Source of the DNA: Myxococcota bacterium
GTDB lineage: Bacteria > Myxococcota_A > UBA796 > CAJQPC01
Direction of reading: 5' to 3'
Assembly: GCA_036229005.1 (NCBI GenBank)
Contig: JAZAMN010000052.1
Location: 320,001-384,000 of the forward strand
Length of the DNA: 64,000 nt
A program made the position numbers and the translations under genes. Numbering within the stretch: the stretch's first letter is position 1; every line of letters begins with the position of its first letter. Below the pieces are notes generated by a model that did not search any database, was not told the DNA's origin, and saw only the letters and a program-made list of their open reading frames with translations. Positions 50,399 through 61,457 of this stretch are shown here, one piece after another.

Positions 50399-53016
50399 GG
50401 GCGCAGCTCCTGGGCCTGGATCTCGACCTCACCGGGCTGCAGCCGCGTGCGGCGCTTGAGGATGCGCGTGCGGGCGGGGTCCAGCTCCAGGAGCCCGATG
50501 ATGTCGCGAGGCCGGGCCATACGGCCGCCGATGTTCTTGGTGCGCAGGTCCACGATGGCGGTCTCGGCGTCCTCGCTGGGGCGCACGGAGAACTCCTCCA
50601 GGAAGGGCATCAGGTCCAGATCCTTGAGCTGCTTGGGGGCCCGACGCCTCCCAGTGCGGCCGCCTGAGCGGCGCTTGCCCTTGACCTTGACCTGGATGAT
50701 GAGCTCCTCCTGGTCCATGAGCTCGGCGACCCGGGCCGCCAGTTCCTTGACGGGCGCGACCGTGATCAGCGAGTACTCGGCCCCATCGACGGCGGCCTGG
50801 AGGCTGGGGGCCTTGAGCTTGACCTCCTCGCAGCCCAGGACCAGGAAGCCAGCCGGCAGCACGGAGCGCAGGCGCTGGAAGAGCTCCTGGGGATCCACCC
50901 GCTCGCTCAGGCGGATGTCCATGTACTCGCCGGTGCTCTCCTCGCCGGTGGGCAGCGCTGCGGAGAACTGCACCCGCGGGTGGGCGTGGAAGCCCTGGGT
51001 GTAGGACATGGGGGCGCGGGCCCGCCGCAGCGCGCGCAGCCAGGCGTTCATGAACTCCAGGTGACCCAGGAAGCGGGCCTGGTCGACGCGTCCCACGCGG
51101 AAGCGCAAGCGCTGGGCGACGGGGGGCTCCTCGCTGACCTCGGCGGCTGCGGGGCGCACGTAGTCGGCCTCTTCCTTGCGGGCCTCGATGTTGTCCCGCA
51201 GCATGTGGGCGCACAGGTCGCGCTCGACGTCGATGACGCCGCACTTGTGGCACTTCTTGGCCCGGCAGTCGGGGGCGTGCTCCAGAGCCATGGCCCGGGC
51301 GTAGTCCTCCTGGAACCACTGCTTGGGCATCATGATGTCGATGTGGTCCCAGGGCAGCCGCTCGTTCAGGTCGCGCTCCCGGAAGGCGAAGGCCACGTCG
51401 AAGCCGGTGTCCTCGATGGCCTTCTCCCAGGCCGCGAAGTTCAGGTGCTCCTCCCAGGCGTCGAAGCGGGCGCCGTTGCGCCAAGCCGCCTCCAGCAGGT
51501 CGGCGGTGCGCCGGTCCCCGCGAGTGATGAGGCCCTCGATCCAGGTCTCGCGGGAGTTGTGGCGACCGAACTTGATGCCCCCGACGCGGCGGAACTTCTC
51601 ACCCAGCAGCGCCTGCTTGGCCTCGGTCTCCTCCATGTCGATCTGGGGGGCCCACTGGAAGGGCGTGAAGGGCTTGGGAACGAAGGTGGAAACCCCAGTG
51701 TTCACGCGGGCCTTGGGGTTGATCTCTCGACCCAGCTTGAGGGTCTTGAGGGTGAGGTCCGCGATGGCGTTCACGTCCTCATCCCGCTCACTTGGGAGCC
51801 CGATCATGAAGTAGAGCTTCACGTGGTTCCACCCCAGGCTGTAGGCCTGGGCGCTCATCTCCAGCAGCTCCTCATCGGGGATCCACTTGTTGATGAGGGC
51901 GCGCAGGCGCGGGCTGGCGGCCTCGGGCGCGAAGGTGAGCCCGCTGCGGCGCATGTCGGCCACCCGGTCGGCCAGGCCCACCGAGAAGGAGTCCAGGCGC
52001 AGGCTGGGCAGGCTCACGCTCACCCGACGCTTGGCGGCCTGGTCGGCCACCCGGTCCACCATCGAGCGCACGCGGGAGTAGTCGCAGGTGCTCAGGGACA
52101 CCAGGGAGACCTCCTCGTACCCGGTCTTCTCCAGCGTCCGGACCATCAGCGACTCGATGTTGTCGATGCTGCGCTCGCGCACCGGGCGCGTGGTCATGCC
52201 GGCCTGGCAGAAGCGGCAGCCCTGGGTGCAGCCCCGGAGGACCTCCAGGCTGACGCGGTCGTGCACCTGCTGGGTGAAGGGCACGATGTAGTCGACCGGG
52301 AAGGTCTCGCCGTCCAGATCGCGGGTGATGCGCTTGCGGATGGGCTCCGCGCCCTCGGCGGGCAGGATCTGGCCGTCCTCGCACAGCTCCATCGGGTAGA
52401 GCGCCGGGACGTAGACGCCCTCGAGCTGGGACAGGGCCACCAGCCTCTCGCGGCGGGTCTTGCCCTTGTTCGCCTTCATCACCCGCGCGATGTCGCGCAC
52501 GGCGTCCTCTCCGTCACCGATGACGAAGAAGTCCATGAAGGGCGCCAGGGGCTCGGGGTTGAACACCGCCGGACCGCCCGCGAAGCACAGCGGATGATCC
52601 TCGCCTCGATCCTCGGAACGCAGAGGTATCTGCCCGAGATCCAAGAGGTTCAGGATGTTCGTGTAGGTCAGCTCCGACTGCAGGGTGAAGCCCAGCCCGT
52701 CGAACACGTCCAGGCTCTCCTGGGACTCGTTGGCGAACATCGGGAGCCCGCGCTCGCGCAGGGCCTGCTCCATGTCCGGGGCCGCAGCGTAGACCCGCTC
52801 GCACCAGACCTCGGGGTCCTGGTTCAGGATGGCGTACAGGATGTGGACGCCCAGGTTTCCGAGCCCGAGATCGTAGAGATCCGGGAAGGCCAGCGCGATG
52901 CGGAGCTGGACCTCTTCGGGATCCTTGTGGACGGCGTTCAGCTCGGTGCCCAGGTAGCGAGAGGGCTTCTCGACTCGGGGGAGGATCTCCTCCTGCAGGA
53001 CAGTGCGGAGCTTCAT
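50395..53016 (-). CDS. B12-binding radical SAM protein (TIGR03960) fused to TIGR03936/DUF2344 domain
   Basis: VEKPSRYLG.E, AFPDLY, RGCTQGCRFCQAG, TFAPEA, KLYFMIGLP, FVPKPFTPFQW; C-terminal FLGHLE, YTQGFHAHPR, ALPTG. Confidence 0.92.
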   Translation of the reverse strand: MKLRTVLQEEILPRVEKPSRYLGTELNAVHKDPEEVQLRIALAFPDLYDLGLGNLGVHILYAILNQDPEVWCERVYAAAPDMEQALRERGLPMFANESQESLDVFDGLGFTLQSELTYTNILNLLDLGQIPLRSEDRGEDHPLCFAGGPAVFNPEPLAPFMDFFVIGDGEDAVRDIARVMKANKGKTRRERLVALSQLEGVYVPALYPMELCEDGQILPAEGAEPIRKRITRDLDGETFPVDYIVPFTQQVHDRVSLEVLRGCTQGCRFCQAGMTTRPVRERSIDNIESLMVRTLEKTGYEEVSLVSLSTCDYSRVRSMVDRVADQAAKRRVSVSLPSLRLDSFSVGLADRVADMRRSGLTFAPEAASPRLRALINKWIPDEELLEMSAQAYSLGWNHVKLYFMIGLPSERDEDVNAIADLTLKTLKLGREINPKARVNTGVSTFVPKPFTPFQWAPQIDMEETEAKQALLGEKFRRVGGIKFGRHNSRETWIEGLITRGDRRTADLLEAAWRNGARFDAWEEHLNFAAWEKAIEDTGFDVAFAFRERDLNERLPWDHIDIMMPKQWFQEDYARAMALEHAPDCRAKKCHKCGVIDVERDLCAHMLRDNIEARKEEADYVRPAAAEVSEEPPVAQRLRFRVGRVDQARFLGHLEFMNAWLRALRRARAPMSYTQGFHAHPRVQFSAALPTGEESTGEYMDIRLSERVDPQELFQRLRSVLPAGFLVLGCEEVKLKAPSLQAAVDGAEYSLITVAPVKELAARVAELMDQEELIIQVKVKGKRRSGGRTGRRRAPKQLKDLDLMPFLEEFSVRPSEDAETAIVDLRTKNIGGRMARPRDIIGLLELDPARTRILKRRTRLQPGEVEIQAQELRP

Positions 53017-53147
53017 GGTGACCTCGGGGGTGGACGGGTCGGACAGCGGGCGCGACCCGCTGACCAAGTGCTGCGATATAGGGCAGGTCATCGAGGGCGG
53101 CAAGCCCTCTCCTCCCCTCCCCTCCTGCTCCCTCGGCGTAGCGCTCG

Positions 53148-54098
53148 GTGTCCACGAGAAACAAGCGATCGGCGCCCCGATTCGGGGTCTACCGCCCCAC
53201 CACGGCGGACAGCTTCCACCTGCCCGGTGGGGAGCGGACCCGCGCGGGCAGCGAGCTGAGCTTCTGTAGCTGGAACATCCACTTCGGCGCCGGCCCCACC
53301 GCGGACGACGCCAGGCGCTTCCCCCTGGGGCAGATCACGGCGAACCTGGATCGCATCGTCGAGACCGTGCGCGAGCGCGAGGTCCAGCTCCTCGCCGTCC
53401 AGGAGGTCGACCGCGACTCCCACCGCAGCGCGAACCTGGACCAGCTCGACTACCTGCGCGAGCACACGGGCCTGCGCCACGTCGCGTTCGCCACCACCTG
53501 GGACGCGAGCTGGGTGCCCCACCCGGTGACCGCGCCGCCCAGCCAGCAGTACGGGCGCATGTGGTCGGGGCAGGCGATCCTCAGCGAGTTCCCCATCGTC
53601 CACCAGCGCCGCCACGCGCTCCCCCAGCCGGCGCGCCAGGGCTGGCTCTACAACCGCTTCTACATCCACCGCTGCGTCCAGGAGGTCGTGCTCGATCTCG
53701 GTGAGCAGCGGCAGCTCCGGGTGTTCAACGTGCACCTGGAGGCCTTCGACAAGGCCAACCGCCGCCAGCACGGCCGCATCTTGGCGCGCTTGCTCAAGGG
53801 CGACAGCGGCCTCTGCCTGGGCGACTTCAACGCCCTGCCTCCCGACGCCACCAAGCTGACCGCCTTCGCCGATGAGCCGGAGATGGACTTCCAGGGCGAC
53901 GACACCCTCTCCCAGATCGAGCGAGCGGGCTGGATCCGCCACGGAGGCGGGGGGCCCACCTTCCCGGCCTCTGGGCCCTCGCGCCGCCTCGACCACCTCT
54001 TCGCCAGCGAGGACATGCGGGTGCAGGGCGGTGAGGCGCTGATCCAGGAGAGCCCGCCCTCCGACCACCTCCCCCTCTTCGGCACCCTGGAGATCTGA
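53148..54098 (+). CDS. Endonuclease/exonuclease/phosphatase (EEP) family protein
   Basis: SWNIH, QEVD, NVHL, GDFNA, LDHLF, SDHLP. Confidence 0.9.
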   Translation: MSTRNKRSAPRFGVYRPTTADSFHLPGGERTRAGSELSFCSWNIHFGAGPTADDARRFPLGQITANLDRIVETVREREVQLLAVQEVDRDSHRSANLDQLDYLREHTGLRHVAFATTWDASWVPHPVTAPPSQQYGRMWSGQAILSEFPIVHQRRHALPQPARQGWLYNRFYIHRCVQEVVLDLGEQRQLRVFNVHLEAFDKANRRQHGRILARLLKGDSGLCLGDFNALPPDATKLTAFADEPEMDFQGDDTLSQIERAGWIRHGGGGPTFPASGPSRRLDHLFASEDMRVQGGEALIQESPPSDHLPLFGTLEI

Positions 54099-54674
54099 GT
54101 GCTGCGCCTGTCCTCCGAAAGCTCCGCCCGCTGGCTGCAGCGCGCCCTTGGCGACATGGACAGCATTCTGCTGGACCACGCCCACTGCGAGAAGAAGGCC
54201 GCGAGCACCGCGGTCAACATGATCTTCCGCTACCAGGACCTGCCCGAGCTGATGATGCCCCTGTCCGCCCTCGCACGCGAGGAGCTGGAGCACTTCGAGC
54301 GCGTGATCACCATCATGCGCAAGCGGGGCCTGGAGTTCCAGCGGCAGGTCCCCTCCCCCTACGCGGCCGAGCTGCTCAAGGTCTGCCGCAAGGATCGGGA
54401 CGGGCGCCTCGTGGACACCCTGATCTGCTGCGCCTTCATCGAGGCCCGCTCCTGCGAGCGCATGAAGCTGCTGGCCGAGAACCTGGAGGACGCCGAGCTC
54501 GCGCGCCTCTACCGCAGCCTGCTGGCCAGCGAGGCCCGGCACCACCAGATGTACCTGGATCTCGCCGGCGCCTACGTGGACCGGGAGACCCTGCGCGCCC
54601 GGGTGGTCGAGATCTCGGCGCACGAGGCGAAGGTCATCGCCGAGGCCCCCGACATGGTGCGCATGCACACATGA
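54099..54674 (+). CDS. miaE: tRNA ms2i6A37 hydroxylase MiaE
   Basis: DHAHCEKKAA, LAREELEHF, IEARSCER, SEARH, terminal RMH. Confidence 0.93.
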   Translation: MLRLSSESSARWLQRALGDMDSILLDHAHCEKKAASTAVNMIFRYQDLPELMMPLSALAREELEHFERVITIMRKRGLEFQRQVPSPYAAELLKVCRKDRDGRLVDTLICCAFIEARSCERMKLLAENLEDAELARLYRSLLASEARHHQMYLDLAGAYVDRETLRARVVEISAHEAKVIAEAPDMVRMHT

Positions 54675-56425
54675 GCTGGCTGGAGCGACACGGGCACTGG
54701 GCCCTCCTGGCGCTGACGCTGCTGGCATTCCTGCCGGCGCTGGGCGGCGACTTCTGCTGGGACGACCGGGCTCTGGTCCTGGGCAACGCGGTGACCGCGG
54801 ACCTGTGGGGCAACCTGGGCACCTACTTCACCGCGGATCTCTGGCAGACCCTGGAGATCGCGGGCACGGACTCCGGCTACTACCGGCCGCTGATGCTGCT
54901 CTCGCTGGCGGTGGACCGGGCGATCGCGGGCCTGTCTCCGGCCTTCGCCCACGCCCACTCCCTGGCCTGGCACCTGGCGGCCGTCGGCGCCCTGATCGCC
55001 GTGCTCCGCCGGGTGCTGCCGCCTCTGCCCGCGCTCCTCGCGGCCACCGTTTTCGCGCTCCACCCGCTGCAGATCGAGACCGTCGCCCTGGTCGCGGCCC
55101 GCAACGACGCCATGGCCGCAGCGCTGGGGCTCGGTGCGCTCTGGTTGGTCCTCGACGACACCAACAAGCCCGTCCCACTGCTGGGCGCCGGGGTGCTGAC
55201 CTGGTTGGCCATGCTCTCCAAGGAGACCGCGGTCCTGCTCCCCCTCTTCCTGTTGGCGCTGGACTGGGCGCGCTGGGGCCGTCCGCAGGGGCTCTGGCGC
55301 TACGTCTCGCTGGCCATGGGTGTGGGGCTCTTCCTGCTCATGCGCACCATGGCGGGCATCTCGGGGGGCCTCCCGGAGGGTGACGTCTGGGGCACACTGC
55401 TGGGCTCCGTGGTTGACCTCAGCGCGATCTACCTCTCCCTGCTGACGCTGCCCTGGCCGCTCACGCCGGCCCGCCACATCCTCTACCTGCCCGAGCACAT
55501 GGGCCGCTTCTACGCGCTCGGGGCCCTGACGCTGGCGGGGCTGGTCCTGGCCGTCTGGAAGGGTCGGGACCGCAAGCTGGTGCTCGCAGGGCTGGCCTGG
55601 GCGCTGCTCTCCTTCGCCCCCACTCTGGTGGCCACCGCCGACAAGGGCCTGATGGGCGAGCGCTACCTGTACCTGCCCCTCGCGGGCCTGGGCCTCGCGC
55701 TGGCGGCTGCGCTCCCTCTGCGCCCCAAGCTGCCGTTGGTGGTCGCGGGCGTCTTCGCGGCGCTCAGCGTGGGCATCATCGAGCTGCGCCTGCCCGATTG
55801 GAAGGACAGCCGCACCCTCTGGGAGGCCGCGCACCGCGTCGAGCCCAGCCCCTTCACCCACGGCGGCCTGGGCTGGTACGTGTACGACGCCGGGGACTAC
55901 GCCCAGTCGCGCGAGCACTTTGTCGGTGCGGTCAGCGGTCAGCCCCCCTACCGGGACGCCTGCACCCACCTCATCATGGTCGAGCTGCAGCTCCGCAACC
56001 CCGCCGAGGCCGTCAAGCAGGGCGCCTGGGGCCTCCGCGACCGGGCCTGTCCGCGCATCCCCGAGACCCTGGGCTACTGGGCCATTGCGCTCGCCAGTGT
56101 GGGCCGCTGGGACGACGCCGTGGATGTCGCCCGCGAGATGCAGGCCGACCCCTTTGGGCACAAGCTCATCATCGCCGGTGCCGTCTTGGCGCTGCGTCAG
56201 GACTTCCCGGGCTACGACCGCGTCGAGGCCAACTGGAAGGCCCGCGAGCCCATGACCCCCCACGTGGCCCGCCTGCTACGCACTGCCGGCGAGCACCAGT
56301 CCGCCGATCTCGTCGAGGCCTGGAAGGACGGCCGCCTCCAGCGCGTCGACCCCAGCACCCTGGACGCGGAGACCATCCGCGCCGTCGAAGCGAGCGGAGG
56401 TGCGGTCATCCAGGCGCCCAGGTGA
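54671..56425 (+). CDS. GT-C fold glycosyltransferase, TMTC/DUF1736-like, with C-terminal helical (TPR-like) region
   Basis: DF.WDD, YYRPL, HPLQIETV...RND, SKET, ERYLYLP, W.D..TLW. Confidence 0.82.
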   Translation: MSWLERHGHWALLALTLLAFLPALGGDFCWDDRALVLGNAVTADLWGNLGTYFTADLWQTLEIAGTDSGYYRPLMLLSLAVDRAIAGLSPAFAHAHSLAWHLAAVGALIAVLRRVLPPLPALLAATVFALHPLQIETVALVAARNDAMAAALGLGALWLVLDDTNKPVPLLGAGVLTWLAMLSKETAVLLPLFLLALDWARWGRPQGLWRYVSLAMGVGLFLLMRTMAGISGGLPEGDVWGTLLGSVVDLSAIYLSLLTLPWPLTPARHILYLPEHMGRFYALGALTLAGLVLAVWKGRDRKLVLAGLAWALLSFAPTLVATADKGLMGERYLYLPLAGLGLALAAALPLRPKLPLVVAGVFAALSVGIIELRLPDWKDSRTLWEAAHRVEPSPFTHGGLGWYVYDAGDYAQSREHFVGAVSGQPPYRDACTHLIMVELQLRNPAEAVKQGAWGLRDRACPRIPETLGYWAIALASVGRWDDAVDVAREMQADPFGHKLIIAGAVLALRQDFPGYDRVEANWKAREPMTPHVARLLRTAGEHQSADLVEAWKDGRLQRVDPSTLDAETIRAVEASGGAVIQAPR

Positions 56426-56436
56426 GGAGGGGGGAG

Positions 56437-56665
56437 CAGGGGTCAGGAGTCAGGTATCGGGTCTCAGGTATCAGTCAGCCGCCCTGTGGCCCGGGCGAAG
56501 CCTCGGGCCCTCCTCCCGATACACCAGAGGTCGGCTGCCTCAACCGTTCCTCCCAGGCACCTCCGTCATCGCAGGTCCCCGGTCGCCGGCCCCCAGTCGC
56601 CGCGTACCGCCAAAACGCCCCTGAGACCTGATACCTGATACCTGATACCTGATACCCAATCCCCG
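56437..56665. repeat. Two imperfect heptamer arrays in inverted orientation: CAGGTAT-like x5 and ATACCTG-like x6
   Basis: CAGGGGT CAGGAGT CAGGTAT CGGGTCT CAGGTAT at 56437-56471; AGACCTG ATACCTG x3 ATACCCA ATCCCCG at 56624-56665. Confidence 0.85.
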
Positions 56666-56674
56666 GAAGCTCCC

Positions 56675-57541
56675 TCAGATCCGCAGATCCCCCGAATACA
56701 GCGGAACCCAGTACTTGCCCCCATCCACCAGGATGGGCTCCCCGCTCAGGGTCACCCGGTCGCCCTGCTTGAGCACGCAGGTCACGGGCTCGCGGGCGTT
56801 CCAGCCGTTGCCCTTGCGGGGGTAGTCGGCGCGGACGTTCTTGGAGTGCTGCAGCACGTAGTCGCCGCCCTGCTGTCCCTCGAAGGGGAAGCCGGCGTAC
56901 CAATAGCCGACCAGGCGGCCCTCGGGTCCACCGCAGCGGCCCTCGACCCAGTCGCCCTCGCTGCTGGGGGCCTCGTTGTCGACCCCCTGTGCTGGCGGGG
57001 TGGGGTTCACCGAGGGCTCAGGCGGTGGGCCAGGAGGCTCTGAGGCGCTCCCGACCTGCTCGCCCACCTCTCCAACATCGGCCTGCGCGGGCGTCTCAGT
57101 GACATCCTGCCTCGGCGAGGTCACCGGCGCGACAACCGCAGGCGCGACCGCAACCGCAGGCTCCGGCTCGGGGACCCGCTCCTTGATGTGGCGCTCCGAG
57201 GTCGCGAACCAGGCCGCGGCGCCGGCGCCCAGCGCGATGAACACGCCCAGCGCGATCAGCGCCTTGCCCAGGGGCAGCTTGGACTCTTCTGTGAAGGTCT
57301 CGGCGACGTCCGCCAGGGAGTCGTCCTCGGGGCGCAGAGCCGCGGCGGCCTGCACCAACACGCCCAAGCGATCGTGCTGCTGGGCGGCGGCGAGGAGCAC
57401 CAGCCACGCGGGCAGCGCCTCGCTGGGGAGGACGGTGTCCAGGCCCGTGGATCGCACCAGCGCCTGGCGGTCTTCGGGGGCCGGGAAGCGCCGAGAAAAG
57501 AACTCGGCCAGCTCTTCGAGGTCTTGGGCTTGTAGCTGCAC
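56675..57541 (-). CDS. Membrane protein with N-terminal EAD1-like helical domain and C-terminal SH3-like domain
   Basis: LEELAEFFSRRF...W..LL.AA....RL..LV.AA...RP.D..L; TM; Pro linker; NVR....W......VLK.GD.V.....W; GTG start inferred. Confidence 0.6.
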   Translation of the reverse strand: MQLQAQDLEELAEFFSRRFPAPEDRQALVRSTGLDTVLPSEALPAWLVLLAAAQQHDRLGVLVQAAAALRPEDDSLADVAETFTEESKLPLGKALIALGVFIALGAGAAAWFATSERHIKERVPEPEPAVAVAPAVVAPVTSPRQDVTETPAQADVGEVGEQVGSASEPPGPPPEPSVNPTPPAQGVDNEAPSSEGDWVEGRCGGPEGRLVGYWYAGFPFEGQQGGDYVLQHSKNVRADYPRKGNGWNAREPVTCVLKQGDRVTLSGEPILVDGGKYWVPLYSGDLRI

Positions 57542-57596
57542 AGCCGACCTATAGCGCGCCGCCCACCCCCCGGTCCAAGGCGATACAGAAGGAAGG

Positions 57597-59663
<2,067 letters not shown>

Positions 59664-59730
59664 GGCCGTCACAGAGCCCAGGCATGATTCGCGCGTCCGA
59701 GGGGTTGGCCCCTCGCCCAAGGAGCACCCC

Positions 59731-60573
59731 ATGACCCTCTCCCGTCCCCTCCTGCTCGCTCTCCCCCTGCTGGGCGCCCTCGTGTTCGCCGGCCAGGCCC
59801 TGGGCGAGGACTACGGCCCGCCCCCGACCAAGGCCACGGTCAAGTCGGTCTACGACGGGGACACCTTCACGCTGGCCACGGGGGACAAGGTGCGCGTGTC
59901 CGCGGTGAACACCCCGGAGCTCAAGCCCGCCGAGGCCTACGGCGTGGAGGCCCGAAACGCGGCTGAGAGCTTCCTGGCCGGGAAGGAGGTGACGCTGTCC
60001 TATGGCGCGTCCTCCCGCGATGGCTATGGCCGCCTGGTGGCCTGGGTGGAGGTCGACGGGCGCTCGCTTGAAGAGGAGCTGGTCGAGAAGGGCTTCGCCC
60101 ACACCTTCCTGATCCCGCCGGTGGACGTGGGAGACCCCGACGCGCTGTTGGCTGCGCAGAAGCGCGCGAAGGCCGCCGGCCGCGGGATCTGGAGTCTGGA
60201 CACCTACCAGGGCTCCCTGCACATGACCTCCTTCCACGCGAACGCTCCGGGGGATGACCGGGAGAACGTGAACGGCGAGTACATCCGCGCCTGCAACATC
60301 ACTGAGCAGCCGCTGAACGTGGACGGCTACCGGATCGCCGACCTGTCGGGCAACAGCTACACCTTCCCCGCGCTGATTATCCCGCCGGGGCACACGGTGA
60401 AGATCAAGTCCGGCCACGGCGACCACCAGACCAACCCGGCCGAGCAGCTCGAGATCTACCTGGGCAGCGACCAGCCGATCTGGAACAACAAGCAGGACCG
60501 CGCGACCATCTACGACAAGTTCGGGAAGGTCGTGGACGTTCGGCACCACGAGGTCAAGAAGGCCAGCAACTGA
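59731..60573 (+). CDS. Secreted thermonuclease (SNase) with lamin-tail domain
   Basis: Signal peptide; DGDT, NTPE, DGYGRLVA, RGIW; NAPGDD.EN.NGEYI..N, IWNN..D. Confidence 0.88.
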   Translation: MTLSRPLLLALPLLGALVFAGQALGEDYGPPPTKATVKSVYDGDTFTLATGDKVRVSAVNTPELKPAEAYGVEARNAAESFLAGKEVTLSYGASSRDGYGRLVAWVEVDGRSLEEELVEKGFAHTFLIPPVDVGDPDALLAAQKRAKAAGRGIWSLDTYQGSLHMTSFHANAPGDDRENVNGEYIRACNITEQPLNVDGYRIADLSGNSYTFPALIIPPGHTVKIKSGHGDHQTNPAEQLEIYLGSDQPIWNNKQDRATIYDKFGKVVDVRHHEVKKASN

Positions 60574-60580
60574 GGGGCCT

Positions 60581-61438
60581 TCAGGGGGCCTCGGGGTAAT
60601 CCTCCGGGAGCCCCCCGAAGCGCTCGAGCAGCATGCGCATCAGAGGCTTGAGCGAGGTGTGGGTCACGCGGTCGAAGGCCTCGGGGATGCTGAACCAGCG
60701 CACCTCGCAGATGCCCTCGCCGCGGGCGGGCGTGAAGCGCTCCGGCGCGTCGTGCACGTCGATCAGGTAGACGTGGAGGCTCTTGAGGCGCGGCTCGCCC
60801 TCGGGGGTCTGGAAGCCGTAGCGGACCATGCCCAGGTTGTCGCTGATGGAGACGCTGGCCTGGAAGCCCATCTCCTCCTGGAGCTCGCGCACGGCGGCCA
60901 TCTGGGGGGTCTCCCCCGGCTCCAGCTTGCCCTTGGCGATCTCCCAGGTGGTGCCGCTGCGGCGCTCGCAGCTCACCAGGGCGAGCTCGACCTGGCCCCG
61001 GTCCCGGCGCACCAGGAAGCCGCCGGCGGAGACCTGCTCCCGGAAGCCCCGGCGCAGGTTCAGGACGTGGCGCACGGGGATGCGGTTGGCGACGTAGAGG
61101 CCGCTGCGGGTGCGGTGGAAGCGGACCCCGTCCCGCCGGGCGCGGCCTGCGTCCACGTAGAGGACCACGGGCTCGTCCGGGAAGCGGTGCGCGATGCGCC
61201 AGGCGTCGTCCTCGCTGTCGCTCAGGAAGACCTGTCGGCCGCCCGGGGCGTCCACAAAGCCCGTGCGCAGGTGGCGGTTGGCCCGGGCCCGCGTGGTGCC
61301 GTGGTAGACGATGTCCGGGACATCACAGCCCCGACCTCGCCGGCGCCGACGACGCGGGCGCTGCTGAGGGGGCGCCTGCTGAGGACGTGGCTTGCGCGTC
61401 CGAGCATCGCTTCGGCGCTTGCGCTTGCGGTTCTCCAC
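60581..61438 (-). CDS. Fusion of Arg-rich tail, Tpt1/KptA NAD-binding (ART-like) lobe and Nudix hydrolase
   Basis: GGAGG RBS before GTG; PDIVYHGT, RQVFLS, PVVLYVDA, G..F, IP; intact Nudix box GKLEPGETPQMAAVRELQEEMG. Confidence 0.8.
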   Translation of the reverse strand: MENRKRKRRSDARTRKPRPQQAPPQQRPRRRRRRGRGCDVPDIVYHGTTRARANRHLRTGFVDAPGGRQVFLSDSEDDAWRIAHRFPDEPVVLYVDAGRARRDGVRFHRTRSGLYVANRIPVRHVLNLRRGFREQVSAGGFLVRRDRGQVELALVSCERRSGTTWEIAKGKLEPGETPQMAAVRELQEEMGFQASVSISDNLGMVRYGFQTPEGEPRLKSLHVYLIDVHDAPERFTPARGEGICEVRWFSIPEAFDRVTHTSLKPLMRMLLERFGGLPEDYPEAP

Positions 61439-61457
61439 GTCTGGCCTCCGGGACACC

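Noticed and set aside
53044..53062. Hairpin CAGCGGG-CGCGA-CCCGCTG upstream of the radical SAM gene as a cobalamin riboswitch
   Set aside because: Region too short and no B12-box; short GC hairpins are expected by chance
56437..56665. CRISPR array
   Set aside because: 7-bp tandem units without spacers, and no cas genes
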